NCBI RefSeq assembly: GCF_001598795.1
Contig: NZ_BCZP01000004.1
Coordinates: 311,838-343,837, forward strand
Direction: 5' to 3'
DNA length: 32,000 nt
Origin: Delftia acidovorans NBRC 14950
GTDB taxonomy: Bacteria; Pseudomonadota; Gammaproteobacteria; Burkholderiales; Burkholderiaceae_C
Under the pieces are notes generated by a model, which did no database searches, was not told the origin of the DNA, and saw only the letters and a program-made list of their open reading frames with translations. Both the position numbers and the translations under genes were made by a program. Shown here in pieces: positions 8,045 to 16,585 of the stretch. Within the stretch, counting starts at the first letter, position 1. Each line of letters begins with the position of its first letter.

Positions 8045-8071
8045 TGTCACAAAACGCCACGCTCCCGCGTC
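8045..8071 (+). promoter_or_regulatory. ECF41-type promoter motif TGTCACA-N16-CGTC
   Basis: TGTCACA at 8045-8051, a 16-nt spacer (aaacgccacgctcccg) and CGTC at 8068-8071. This matches exactly the ECF41 target promoter consensus as I recall it from the ECF41 literature. It ends 8 nt before the sigma gene ATG at 8080. Confidence 0.5.
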
Positions 8072-8079
8072 TTGATGGC

Positions 8080-9021
8080 ATGCAGACCTCCTCCGCCCCT
8101 GACGATCCCCTGGCGCTGTTCGAACGCCACCGCCCGCGCCTGTTCGGCCTGGCCTACCGCATGCTGGGCCAGCGCGCCGATGCCGAGGACCTGGTCCAGG
8201 AAGCCTGGCTGCGCTGGCATGGCGCCGAGCGCGCCGGCATAGAGCAGCCCGAGGCCTGGCTGGTCTCCGTGACCACGCGCCTGGCCATAGACCGGCTGCG
8301 CCGCCTGCGCGCCGAGCGCGAGCACTACCAGGGCTTCTGGCTGCCCGAGCCCCTGGTCCAGCCCTGGGCCGAGGAGGCCGCCCCCTCGGCCGAAGACCTG
8401 CTGGAGCGTGCCCACGACGTGTCCACGGCCCTGATGTTCGTGCTGGAGCAGCTCACGCCCGACGAACGTGCGGCCTTCCTGCTGCGCGAGATCTTCGATG
8501 CCGACTATGCCGAGGTGGCCCAGGCCCTGGGCCGCAGCGAGGCCGCCTGCCGCCAGCTCGTGCACCGCGCGCGCAGCCATGTGCAGGCCGGCCGCCCGCG
8601 CTTTGCGGCGCCGCCCGAGGCCCATGCCGCGCTGCTGCAGCGCTTTGCGCAGGCCGTGCAGGGGGGAAACTTCGCGCAGATCCAGGCGCTGTTCGCGCCC
8701 GATGCCGAACTCATCAGCGACGGCGGCGGCAAGGTGCCCTCGTTCGGCCGCGTGCTGGAGACGGGCCGGCGCCTGGCCCTGCTGTACTTCGCCACCACGC
8801 GCCGCATGCGGCGCAACGGCCAGCAACAGAGCCTGCATCTGGCGCGCGTCAACGGCCTGCCCGGCCTGCTGCGCTGCATCGACGGCGAACTGGAGTCCGT
8901 GCAGACGCTGCTGGTCGAGGACGGCCTGATCCGCTGCATCTACACGCTGCGCAACCCCGACAAGCTGGCCGGCGTGGCTGTGCCGGCGCCACTGCCGTTC
9001 CCGGCAGGCCCTGCAGCGTAG
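8080..9021 (+). CDS. ECF41-group (SigJ-like) RNA polymerase sigma factor with fused C-terminal SnoaL-like regulatory domain
   Basis: Region 2 (DAEDLVQEAWLRW). The WLPEP linker. Region 4 (ERAAFLLREIFDADYAEVAQALGRSEAACRQLVHRAR). A ~110 aa C-terminal extension carries the ECF41 hallmark motifs DGGGK (8719-8733) and NPDKL (8953-8967). Confidence 0.9.
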   Translation: MQTSSAPDDPLALFERHRPRLFGLAYRMLGQRADAEDLVQEAWLRWHGAERAGIEQPEAWLVSVTTRLAIDRLRRLRAEREHYQGFWLPEPLVQPWAEEAAPSAEDLLERAHDVSTALMFVLEQLTPDERAAFLLREIFDADYAEVAQALGRSEAACRQLVHRARSHVQAGRPRFAAPPEAHAALLQRFAQAVQGGNFAQIQALFAPDAELISDGGGKVPSFGRVLETGRRLALLYFATTRRMRRNGQQQSLHLARVNGLPGLLRCIDGELESVQTLLVEDGLIRCIYTLRNPDKLAGVAVPAPLPFPAGPAA

Positions 9022-9029
9022 TCAGATGG

Positions 9030-10244
9030 TCAGATGAACTGAAGATCGCGGGGCGTGACGCCCTCGAACACGCGCTGCAGCTGAGCCGGGCTCAATCCAT
9101 ACATGCGCTGGAACAGGCCGCCCAGCACGGCGCGGTACTCGTTGAGCACGGGATGGTCGCGGTTCTGGAACAGGTTTTTCTGGTTGACTTCGACCTGCTC
9201 GCCCACGATGCGACCGCCCGCATGCGAGGACAGCCCGCCGCCCAGCAGCCAGTAGGTCGTGCCGTGGCCGTGGTCCGTGCCCTTGTTGCCGTTCTCGCGG
9301 AAGGTGCGGCCGAACTCGCTGATCACCACCACCACCGTATGCCGCCAGGCCTCGGGGCCGATCTCCTGGGCAAAGCCGGCCAGGCCCCGGCCCAGCTCGT
9401 CCAGCCGCCCGGCCAGCGCGCCCGTGGCGCCGCCCTGGGCCACATGCGTGTCCCAGCCTCCCACATCGACGAAGCCCAGGTCGAAGCGATCGCGCATCAG
9501 GGCCGCCATGCGCTGCGCCACCAGGGCAAAGCCGCGTGCGCTGATGGCATTGCGCCCGGCCTGGTCCATTTCCTCCTGCACGCTGCGCTGCACGGCATCA
9601 CGAACCGCAAAGCCCTCCTGCACGGCCGGGCCCAGGGCCGTGCCCGCATACATGGCGGCAATGGCCTGGCTGCGGCGATCGTCCAGGCCGCCCTTGCCCA
9701 CGGATGCCAGCGCCATGTTGGCGGCCGGCAGGCTGCCGCGCAGCAGCAGCGGAAGCTGGGGCGTGAAGGCCATGGGCGATACCGCCGTGCGGCCATCCTG
9801 TCCCAGCACCTGGGCCAGCCGGTTCAGAAAGCCCGACTGGTAGCTGCGGCGCCCGTCCAGGCCCTGGCCCAGCTCGATGGAGTCCTGCGTCTCGAAATGG
9901 CTGCGCGACAGGTCGTGCGTTCCCGCAAAGGGCACAAAGCAGGCCTGGCCTGCCTGGAACAGCGGGTGGATGCTGTCCTGCAGCACCGGGTGCAGGCCCC
10001 AGCGGTCGTCCAGCGCCAGGGCTCCCCGGGCCTCGCCGGGCCGGGCAATGGCGATGCTGGGGCGGACCTCGTAGTAGAAGTCGCTGTGCGTGGGCACGAG
10101 CAGATTGCTGCTGTCATAGGCGCCGCGCAGGAACACCAGCAGCAGGCGCGGCGTGGCTGGCTGGGGCGTGGCGGCCTGCAGCCGGCCCAGGTGGGCGGCA
10201 AGGGGCAGGGTGGAGGCCAGGGACAGAAAGTGGCGTCGCTGCAT
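9030..10244 (-). CDS. DUF1501 domain-containing protein (sulfatase/phosphatase-like fold), Tat signal
   Basis: Begins MQRRHFLSLASTLPLAAHLGRLQA, a twin-arginine signal. Body motifs such as FLRGAYDSSN, VVISEFGRT and GTDHGHG are typical of DUF1501. GGGAG lies 8 nt before ATG 10244. Confidence 0.9.
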   Translation of the reverse strand: MQRRHFLSLASTLPLAAHLGRLQAATPQPATPRLLLVFLRGAYDSSNLLVPTHSDFYYEVRPSIAIARPGEARGALALDDRWGLHPVLQDSIHPLFQAGQACFVPFAGTHDLSRSHFETQDSIELGQGLDGRRSYQSGFLNRLAQVLGQDGRTAVSPMAFTPQLPLLLRGSLPAANMALASVGKGGLDDRRSQAIAAMYAGTALGPAVQEGFAVRDAVQRSVQEEMDQAGRNAISARGFALVAQRMAALMRDRFDLGFVDVGGWDTHVAQGGATGALAGRLDELGRGLAGFAQEIGPEAWRHTVVVVISEFGRTFRENGNKGTDHGHGTTYWLLGGGLSSHAGGRIVGEQVEVNQKNLFQNRDHPVLNEYRAVLGGLFQRMYGLSPAQLQRVFEGVTPRDLQFI

Positions 10245-10261
10245 GGACAGACTCCCGGGGG

Positions 10262-11839
10262 TCAGCGGAACATCATTTCGGGGGCGGACAGGAAGTAGGT
10301 ATTCCAGTCCGCCGGATTGCGGGCCTGGGCCAGTGCCGCCTGCGTGGCCTGGCTCCACTGCGGCAGGCGCTGGCGCACGCTGGCCAATTCCGACAGCGTG
10401 GGGTAGGGCGGCTTCTCCAGCGCGTCTGCGGGGTCGGCGCGGAACAGCACGGCGCTGCGCGTGGCGATCTGGCGCGCCACCTCGAAGCGCGCCGCCATCT
10501 GGCCCGAGCTGGCCCAGTCGGACTGCATCTGCGGATAGCCGTCCGGCGTCTCGTGCGCATAGAGGTTCTGCCCCAGCCGGTTCACCCAGCCCAGCACCGG
10601 CGCCACGTCGGCCGCCACGCGCTGGTCCACCGACAGCCGCGTGGCGGCCAGCACGTAGTGCAGCGGATCGCGGAACTTGCGGCCGAAGCGGGCGGCCTCG
10701 GGATCGGCCAGCAGCGTGGCCACGGTGGCCGCGATATCGCCCCGGCTGCGCGTGAAGGCCTGGGCCGTGCGCTGCACCAGGGCGGGCGGCGGATCGTCGG
10801 CAATGAAGAACACCGCCAGCTTGCGCGCGATGAACTGCGCCGTGGCCGGCGAGGCGACGATGCGGTCCAGCGCCTCCTGGACCTCGGTCATGCCGCGTGC
10901 GTGCATGGGCTGGCCCAGGAAGGTCTTGGGGCCGTAGTCGTGCCGGTTGGGGTTGAACTCGAAAAAGCCCGAGCGCAGGTAGTCGCCCTGGCGCTCGGGG
11001 CGCATGCGCGGCGGCGGCGTGCCGACCGGCTGCAGGCTGATGCCCACGCCGGTCAGGATGCGCGCCATCTCCTGCACATCGGCCTGGGTGTAGCCGCTGC
11101 CCACGCCCATGGTGTGCAGCTCCAGCAGTTCGCGCGCGTAGTTCTCGTTGATGCGGCCTGCCGCATTGCTGGCGTTGTCCAGGTAGCGCAGCATGGCCGG
11201 GTGGCGCAGCGAGGCTTCCAGCAGGCTGCGAAAGCTGCCCAGCGCATGCGGGCGTATGGCCTGCTCCTCGTAGTCGCCCACCCAGGCGCGGATATCGGCC
11301 TTGCGCAGGCTGACGCTGAAATGGTTCATCCAGAACCAGGTCATCTGCTCCTGCAGCTGCGCCGGCGAGTACAGCGCACGGATCACGAAGCGCTTCTGGG
11401 CATCGTTGCCCAACTGGTTCAGCGTGCGCTGGTAGGTCTGCTGCAGCGTGGCCTTTTCATCGGCCGATGCCGCCTCCTGCACGGCCTTGCGCTGGGTCTC
11501 CAGTTCCAGCAGCACCTCGTTCATGGGGCGCTGGCTGATGCCCAGCTGGTCAATCCGCTGCTGTGCCTGCGGCGGCAGCGGCCGGGGGCCGGGCTGCAAC
11601 TGCCGGGCCAGCCAGGCCTTGAGGCCCAGGCGCTGCAGCTGTGCCTCCTCGCTGTCGTTGGCGCCCCAGGTCACGCGGTCCAGCCATTGCTGGCGTTGCG
11701 CTGCGGTGAGCGGTGCCTCGGCCACTCCCTGCAGCGCGGCTGCTGCGGACGGCGGCGGGGCCTGCAAGGACGCACAGCCTGTGGCTAGGACGATGGCGGA
11801 GAAAGTGAGAGCGATGGCGAACGGCGAAGTGCGGCGCAT
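10262..11839 (-). CDS. DUF1800 domain-containing lipoprotein
   Basis: Begins MRRTSPFAIALTFSAIVLATGCAS (lipobox LATG/C). Contains WFWMNHFSV and ELHTMGV, motifs I associate with DUF1800. It stops 17 nt before the DUF1501 start, so the two are likely one operon. Confidence 0.9.
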   Translation of the reverse strand: MRRTSPFAIALTFSAIVLATGCASLQAPPPSAAAALQGVAEAPLTAAQRQQWLDRVTWGANDSEEAQLQRLGLKAWLARQLQPGPRPLPPQAQQRIDQLGISQRPMNEVLLELETQRKAVQEAASADEKATLQQTYQRTLNQLGNDAQKRFVIRALYSPAQLQEQMTWFWMNHFSVSLRKADIRAWVGDYEEQAIRPHALGSFRSLLEASLRHPAMLRYLDNASNAAGRINENYARELLELHTMGVGSGYTQADVQEMARILTGVGISLQPVGTPPPRMRPERQGDYLRSGFFEFNPNRHDYGPKTFLGQPMHARGMTEVQEALDRIVASPATAQFIARKLAVFFIADDPPPALVQRTAQAFTRSRGDIAATVATLLADPEAARFGRKFRDPLHYVLAATRLSVDQRVAADVAPVLGWVNRLGQNLYAHETPDGYPQMQSDWASSGQMAARFEVARQIATRSAVLFRADPADALEKPPYPTLSELASVRQRLPQWSQATQAALAQARNPADWNTYFLSAPEMMFR

Positions 11840-11932
11840 GGTGTCTCGGTGGGTAGGGGAAATCCATTGGACGCCAGCATCCTCCACCCATGTGCTTCGC
11901 CCTGTAAAGCGCCGGTAGCAAAAAGTAAAAGG

Positions 11933-11968
11933 CAAAAAAAAGCGGAGTGTGAAGCACTCCGCTTTTTC
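11933..11968 (-). terminator. Rho-independent terminator of fur (structurally bidirectional)
   Basis: 9-bp stem agcggagtg/cactccgct (11941-11949 and 11955-11963) with a 5-nt loop. It is flanked by an A8 run at 11933-11940 (U8 on the minus strand) and a T5 run at 11963-11967. It sits 20 nt past the fur stop. Confidence 0.8.
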
Positions 11969-11982
11969 TGAGGGACCCGGCC

Positions 11983-12408
11983 TTACTTGCTTGCCCGGCT
12001 TGCGCACTCCGCGCAGTGTCCGTACAGGGCCATCGAATGGTCCTGGATCACCCAGCCCTTGGCCTTGGCGATCAGGTTCTGGCGCTTTTCGATATCGGGA
12101 TCGTAGAACTCCTCGACCTTGCCGCAGCTGGTGCACACGAAGTGGTCGTGGTGCTGGCCTTCATTGAGTTCGTAGACGGCCTTGCCGCTCTCGAAATTGC
12201 TGCGGATGAGGATGCCGGCCTGCTCGAACTGCGTGAGCACGCGGTAGACCGTGGCCAGGCCGATGTCCGAGCGTTCGTCCAGCAGCACGCGGAACACGTC
12301 TTCGGCCGTCATGTGGCGTTGCGCACCCGTCTGGAAGATCTCCAGGATCTTCAGGCGGGGAAGCGTGGCCTTCAGGCCGGTACTCTTGAGTTCGTCGATG
12401 TTCTTCAT
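11983..12408 (-). CDS. fur: Ferric uptake regulator Fur
   Basis: 141 aa. [14 protein letters not shown]...HMTAEDVFR...[18 protein letters not shown] is the w[19 protein letters not shown]...HCAEC supplies the metal-site His and Cys motifs. Confidence 0.95.
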   Translation of the reverse strand: MKNIDELKSTGLKATLPRLKILEIFQTGAQRHMTAEDVFRVLLDERSDIGLATVYRVLTQFEQAGILIRSNFESGKAVYELNEGQHHDHFVCTSCGKVEEFYDPDIEKRQNLIAKAKGWVIQDHSMALYGHCAECASRASK

Positions 12409-12552
12409 GTCTGGGTCTTTGGCAGAGACTGCCCGCTGGACTGCCACCATGGCAGGCGCGGGGCGGCGAACAAAATGGCCCTGGTGCCAGGGGCGTCGCA
12501 TGATCGCAAGCCCTCGGGACCAGCCGCTACAATGATCCACGATCATATCCCT

Positions 12553-13113
12553 ATGCTGATACCAATGCATGTTCAAGCCCGTTGCCGCACGAGTGCGGCC
12601 CTGATGCTGTCGATCGGGGTGGCGCTGGCAGGCTGCAGCAGCCTCGATGGCGCCGCGCACCGAGTCGCCAATGTCGTCACTCCCTACAAGGTCGAGGTCG
12701 TCCAAGGCAACTTCGTCTCCCGTGAACAGGTCGAGGCCCTGCAGCCCGGCATGAGCCGCCAGCAGGTGCGCGACATTCTCGGCACGCCGCTGGTCACCAG
12801 CGTATTCCACGCCGACCGCTGGGAATATGTGTTCACCATCAAGCGCCCCGGCGTCGATTCTCAGGTGCGCAAGCTGACCGTCTTCTTCAACGGCGACCTG
12901 TTTGCCCGCTCCGAAGGCGACGAGATGCCCACCGAGGCCGAATTCGTCGCCAGCCTGGGCTCCAAGAAGAAGCTGGGCAAGATTCCTCAACTGGAAGCCA
13001 GCGAGGAGCAGCTGTCCAAGTTCCCGGCCGCCAAGCCTGTGGAAGAGCCCGTGGCTGCCGAGCCGCCGCCCACAGCGGCCAGCTACCCGCCACTGGAATC
13101 CGGCGCCCGTTGA
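12553..13113 (+). CDS. bamE: Outer membrane protein assembly factor BamE (SmpA/OmlA lipoprotein) with a Pro/Glu/Lys-rich C-terminal tail
   Basis: Signal plus lipobox ([12 protein letters not shown]). Conserved core [37 protein letters not shown]...DRWEY. The fur-bamE-dapB neighbourhood is typical of betaproteobacteria. Alternative in-frame starts are at 12532 and 12565. Confidence 0.85.
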   Translation: MLIPMHVQARCRTSAALMLSIGVALAGCSSLDGAAHRVANVVTPYKVEVVQGNFVSREQVEALQPGMSRQQVRDILGTPLVTSVFHADRWEYVFTIKRPGVDSQVRKLTVFFNGDLFARSEGDEMPTEAEFVASLGSKKKLGKIPQLEASEEQLSKFPAAKPVEEPVAAEPPPTAASYPPLESGAR

Positions 13114-13119
13114 TATCGC

Positions 13120-13152
13120 CGCCCGCGCGCCGCAAGGCATGCGGGCGTTTTT
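13120..13152 (+). terminator. Rho-independent terminator after bamE
   Basis: Stem cgcccgc (13120-13126) pairs with gcgggcg (13141-13147), followed by ttttt (13148-13152). A second weaker hairpin plus tttt lies around 13174-13200. Confidence 0.65.
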
Positions 13153-13237
13153 CCGTGGATGAAGGCCGCTGCAGCGCCTGTCTGGCGCCGCTTTTGCCTG
13201 CTGTCCATGCATTGAGCTTGTGCATCCCTTTCCCGAC

Positions 13238-14074
13238 ATGAACGCCACGACTGCCACTTCCTCCAGCAACAACCAGCGCCTGCGTGTGGCCGTGGCCGGC
13301 GCCTCCGGCCGCATGGGCCGCATGCTGATCGAGGCCATCGCGCAAAGCGATGACCTTGCGCTGGCCGCCGCGCTGGACCGCGCCGACAGCCCTTCGCTGG
13401 GCACCGATCCCTCGGCCTTCCTGGGCCAGCCCAGCGGCATCGCCATCGAAAGCGATGTGCGTGCCGCGCTGTCCAAGGCCGATTGCCTGATCGACTTCAC
13501 GCGCCCCGAAGGCACGATGGACCACCTGGCCATCTGCGCCGAGCTGGGCGTCAAGCTGGTCATCGGCACCACGGGCTTCAGCGACGAGGAAAAGGCCCGC
13601 ATCGCCGAGTACGCCCAGCGCACGGCCGTGGTGCTGTCGCCCAACATGAGCGTGGGCGTGAACGTCACCTTCAAGCTGCTGGAGATGGCGGCCAAGGCGC
13701 TGTCCAGCGGCTATGACATCGAAATCGTCGAGGCCCACCACCGCCACAAGGTCGATGCCCCCTCGGGCACGGCCCTCAAGATGGGCGAGGTCATCGCCGA
13801 AGCCCAGGGCACGAAGCTGGCCGACCGCGCCGTCTACGAGCGCTTCGGCCACACCGGCGCGCGCGAGGACAACACCATCGGCTTTGCCACCGTGCGCGGC
13901 GGCGACATCATCGGCGACCACACGGTGCTGTTCGCGGGCACGGGCGAGCGCATCGAGATCTCGCACAAGTCCAGCAGCCGTGCCGGCTATGCGCAGGGCA
14001 GCCTGCGGGCGGCGCGCTTCCTGGCGGGCAAGACCAGCGGCCAGTACGACATGTACGCCGTATTGGGCCTGTGA
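13238..14074 (+). CDS. dapB: 4-hydroxy-tetrahydrodipicolinate reductase
   Basis: [15 protein letters not shown] is the NAD(P) binding motif. [16 protein letters not shown] is the DapB signature. Start is ATG 13238, with GTG 13220 as an alternative. Confidence 0.95.
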   Translation: MNATTATSSSNNQRLRVAVAGASGRMGRMLIEAIAQSDDLALAAALDRADSPSLGTDPSAFLGQPSGIAIESDVRAALSKADCLIDFTRPEGTMDHLAICAELGVKLVIGTTGFSDEEKARIAEYAQRTAVVLSPNMSVGVNVTFKLLEMAAKALSSGYDIEIVEAHHRHKVDAPSGTALKMGEVIAEAQGTKLADRAVYERFGHTGAREDNTIGFATVRGGDIIGDHTVLFAGTGERIEISHKSSSRAGYAQGSLRAARFLAGKTSGQYDMYAVLGL

Positions 14075-14104
14075 CGAGGCTCGCAGCACGGGCAAGGTAA
14101 AACC

Positions 14105-14839
14105 ATGAGCGGTCCACTCTGGCTCTGGTGGCAGCAAGGCGATGCCGTCGCGCGCGGCACGGCGCTGCTGCTGCTGGCGCTGTCGGTGGCCAGCTGGGTG
14201 GTCATCGTCTGGAAGATCTGGTTCATGGCCGCCAGCCGCCGCCGCGTTCCACAGGCCATTGCGGCCTTCTGGAGTGCGCCGGACCTGGCCACGGGCCAGG
14301 CCCGCATGGCCGAGGGCGATCGCCAGCAACTGGTGGCGCCCATGGCCTGGGCCGTGTCCCAGGCCCTCGCGCCCACGGGCAGCAGCGGCATGGCGCTCTC
14401 GGGGCGCGCAGCGCGCTCCGTGCGCCTCACGCGCGGCCTTCGTCAGGCGCTGCAGTCGGCCAGCCACCAGCTTCAATGGGGCCAGACCCTGCTGGCCACC
14501 GTGGGCGCCACGGCGCCCTTCGTCGGCCTGCTGGGCACCGTCTGGGGCATTCACCACGCGCTGGCCACGCTGGCCGGCAGCGGACAGATCGGCATCGAGC
14601 AACTGGCCGGCCCTGTGGGCGAGGCCCTGGTGATGACGGCAGCCGGCCTGGCCGTGGCCCTGCCGGCCGTGCTGGCCTATAACCTGCTCGGCCGCGCCGC
14701 CGCCCAGATGGAAGCCCTGCTCGAAGGCTTTGCCCATGACCTGCAGGCCATGTTCGGCCTGGAGCAGCCCGGGCAGGCGCAGCAGGATGACGGCATGCCC
14801 GTCGCCGGCCTGCCGGCCGGCCCCATGGAAGCGCCCTGA
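14105..14839 (+). CDS. MotA/TolQ/ExbB proton channel family protein
   Basis: N-terminal TM helix. Conserved C-terminal pair LATVGATAPFVGLLGTVWGI and GEALVMTAAGLAVALPAVLAYN, typical of ExbB/TolQ. AAGG lies 7 nt before the ATG. Confidence 0.85.
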   Translation: MSGPLWLWWQQGDAVARGTALLLLALSVASWVVIVWKIWFMAASRRRVPQAIAAFWSAPDLATGQARMAEGDRQQLVAPMAWAVSQALAPTGSSGMALSGRAARSVRLTRGLRQALQSASHQLQWGQTLLATVGATAPFVGLLGTVWGIHHALATLAGSGQIGIEQLAGPVGEALVMTAAGLAVALPAVLAYNLLGRAAAQMEALLEGFAHDLQAMFGLEQPGQAQQDDGMPVAGLPAGPMEAP

Positions 14840-14863
14840 CCGGGCGGCCAGGCAGGAGCGCAC

Positions 14864-15343
14864 ATGGCCTTCGGACGACTGAGCGGCAAGGAGAGCGCCC
14901 CCCAGCCCATGCACGCCATCAACGTCACCCCGCTGGTGGATGTGATGCTGGTGCTGGTGGTCATCTTCATTCTTGCGGCACCCATGCTGGCCGCCTCCCT
15001 GCGCGTGCAATTGCCCCAGGCCCAGGGCACCCAGCCCATGGCGGCAGCGGGCGAGGACGATGCGCTGCTGCTGGAGGTCGATGCGCAGGGCGCGCTCTGG
15101 GTGCAGGGCCAGCCCACCACGCCCGAGGCACTGCGCGAGCGCCTGGCCCGGCTTGGCGCCCGCAATCCCCAGGCCGAGTTGCAATTGCGTGCCGACCAGG
15201 CCGTGCCCTATGGCCGCGTGGCCGAGCTCATGGGCTGGGCCCACGCGGCGGGCCTGACGCGCATGGGCTTCGTGGCGGAGCCTGCGCGAAGCCAGGAGGG
15301 CCGGTCCGCCGCCGTCCTGGGCCCCTCCGGCGCCGGGCGCTGA
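14864..15343 (+). CDS. Biopolymer transport protein ExbD/TolR
   Basis: INVTPLVDVMLVLVVIFILAAP is the ExbD/TolR TM signature. AGGAG lies 6 nt before the ATG. Confidence 0.85.
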   Translation: MAFGRLSGKESAPQPMHAINVTPLVDVMLVLVVIFILAAPMLAASLRVQLPQAQGTQPMAAAGEDDALLLEVDAQGALWVQGQPTTPEALRERLARLGARNPQAELQLRADQAVPYGRVAELMGWAHAAGLTRMGFVAEPARSQEGRSAAVLGPSGAGR

Positions 15344-15370
15344 AACGCCTCCGGGCCTGCGCCCGCGAAC

Positions 15371-16585
15371 CTAATCCTGTCCTTCGGGCCAGCGCTCGTT
15401 GCCCGCCAGCCGCAGATGCTGGCCATGGTCCGAGGAGCGCTGGTACAGACTGAGCCCGAACAGCGGCAGCATGCCGATCAGGTGATCGAAGATCGCGCCC
15501 TGTATGGCCTCGTACTCCACCCAGACCGTGGTGCTGGTGTAGCAAAACAGCTCCAGCGGCACGCCCATGGGCGAAGGCTCCATGGTGCGCACCAGCAAAA
15601 ACATGTTCGGCGTCTTGTGGATGTGCGGATGGCGCAGCAGGTAGGCGTATGCATAGGCCTTGAAAACGGCCAGATTGCTGAGTTGCTGCGCGGCCATCTC
15701 GCTGCCTGCAGGCGCGTCGGCCATGCGCAGGTCGCCGCTGCGGGTCCAATGGTCCTTCAGGGGCTCCAGCAGCGCCAGTTTCTGCCGCTGCTCGGGCGTC
15801 AGCAGGCGGATGGTGTGGGCGTCTATGTGCAGCGACCGGCGGATGCGGCGCCCGCCTGACTCGAACATGCCGCGCCAGTTCTTGTAACTGTCGCTCATCA
15901 GCCGCCAGGTGGGAATGGTGGTGATGGTCTTGTCCCAGTTCTGCACCTTCACCGTGTGCAGCGCGATGTCGATCACGAAGCCATCGGCGCCGACCTGGGG
16001 CATCTCTATCCAGTCGCCCACGCGCAGCATGTCGTTGGAGCCCAGCTGCACGCCGGCCACGAAGGACATGATGGTGTCCTTGAAGATCAGCATCAGCACG
16101 GCCGAGGCTGCGCCCAGGCCCGACAGCAGCAGCAACGGAGAGCGGTCCACCAGGGTCGCGACGATGAGCACGATGGCGATCAGGAACACCAGCAGCTTGC
16201 CCAGCTGCACATAGCTCTTGATCGAATGGGCCTGCGTGGCCTTGCGCTCTTCCTTGAGCTCGTGCGCCTCGTTCATGGCGTTGAGCAGGGCGCTGATCAC
16301 GCGGGCCACGTGGTAGATGGTGCAGGCGATGGCCAGGTTCAGGATCAGCGTGGCCCACTGCGGCTGCAGCTGCGGGATGGCCTGCACGCCGGACTGCATG
16401 ACCAGCGAAGGCACGGCCTTGGCCAGCCGCTGCAGCACGCTGTCGTGCAGCAGCACCTGTGCCCATTCCATCTCCACCAGCGTGCTGCGCATGCGCGGAA
16501 GCACGCGCAGCAGCAGCCATTGCACGACAAACCCCGCCGAGCGGGCCAGCAGCACCAGCGCGCACAGCGCGGCCAGGGCCTGCAT
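15371..16585 (-). CDS. Mechanosensitive ion channel family protein (MscS family, YbdG/MscM-like)
   Basis: Strong resemblance to E. coli YbdG over the pore and beta domain (GLGAASAVLMLIFKDTIMSFVAGVQLGSNDMLRVGDWIEMPQVGADGFVIDIALHTVKVQNWDKTITTIPTW, GGRRIRRS). The ATG at 16585 is used. A TTG at 16624 with GGAG 6 nt upstream is a plausible longer start. Confidence 0.85.
   Translation of the reverse strand: MQALAALCALVLLARSAGFVVQWLLLRVLPRMRSTLVEMEWAQVLLHDSVLQRLAKAVPSLVMQSGVQAIPQLQPQWATLILNLAIACTIYHVARVISALLNAMNEAHELKEERKATQAHSIKSYVQLGKLLVFLIAIVLIVATLVDRSPLLLLSGLGAASAVLMLIFKDTIMSFVAGVQLGSNDMLRVGDWIEMPQVGADGFVIDIALHTVKVQNWDKTITTIPTWRLMSDSYKNWRGMFESGGRRIRRSLHIDAHTIRLLTPEQRQKLALLEPLKDHWTRSGDLRMADAPAGSEMAAQQLSNLAVFKAYAYAYLLRHPHIHKTPNMFLLVRTMEPSPMGVPLELFCYTSTTVWVEYEAIQGAIFDHLIGMLPLFGLSLYQRSSDHGQHLRLAGNERWPEGQD

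Noticed and set aside
12528-12546. Possible Fur box in the fur-bamE spacer.
   Set aside because: The best alignment to GATAATGATAATCATTATC gives only about 9/19 matches. I kept it as an unassigned dyad, not as a Fur box.
12409-13695. N-terminal extension of the fur ORF (11983-13695), and the 12016-12552 extension of the bamE ORF.
   Set aside because: Fur and BamE homology begins at internal Met codons (12408 and about 12553). The extensions are antisense to each other's genes and featureless.
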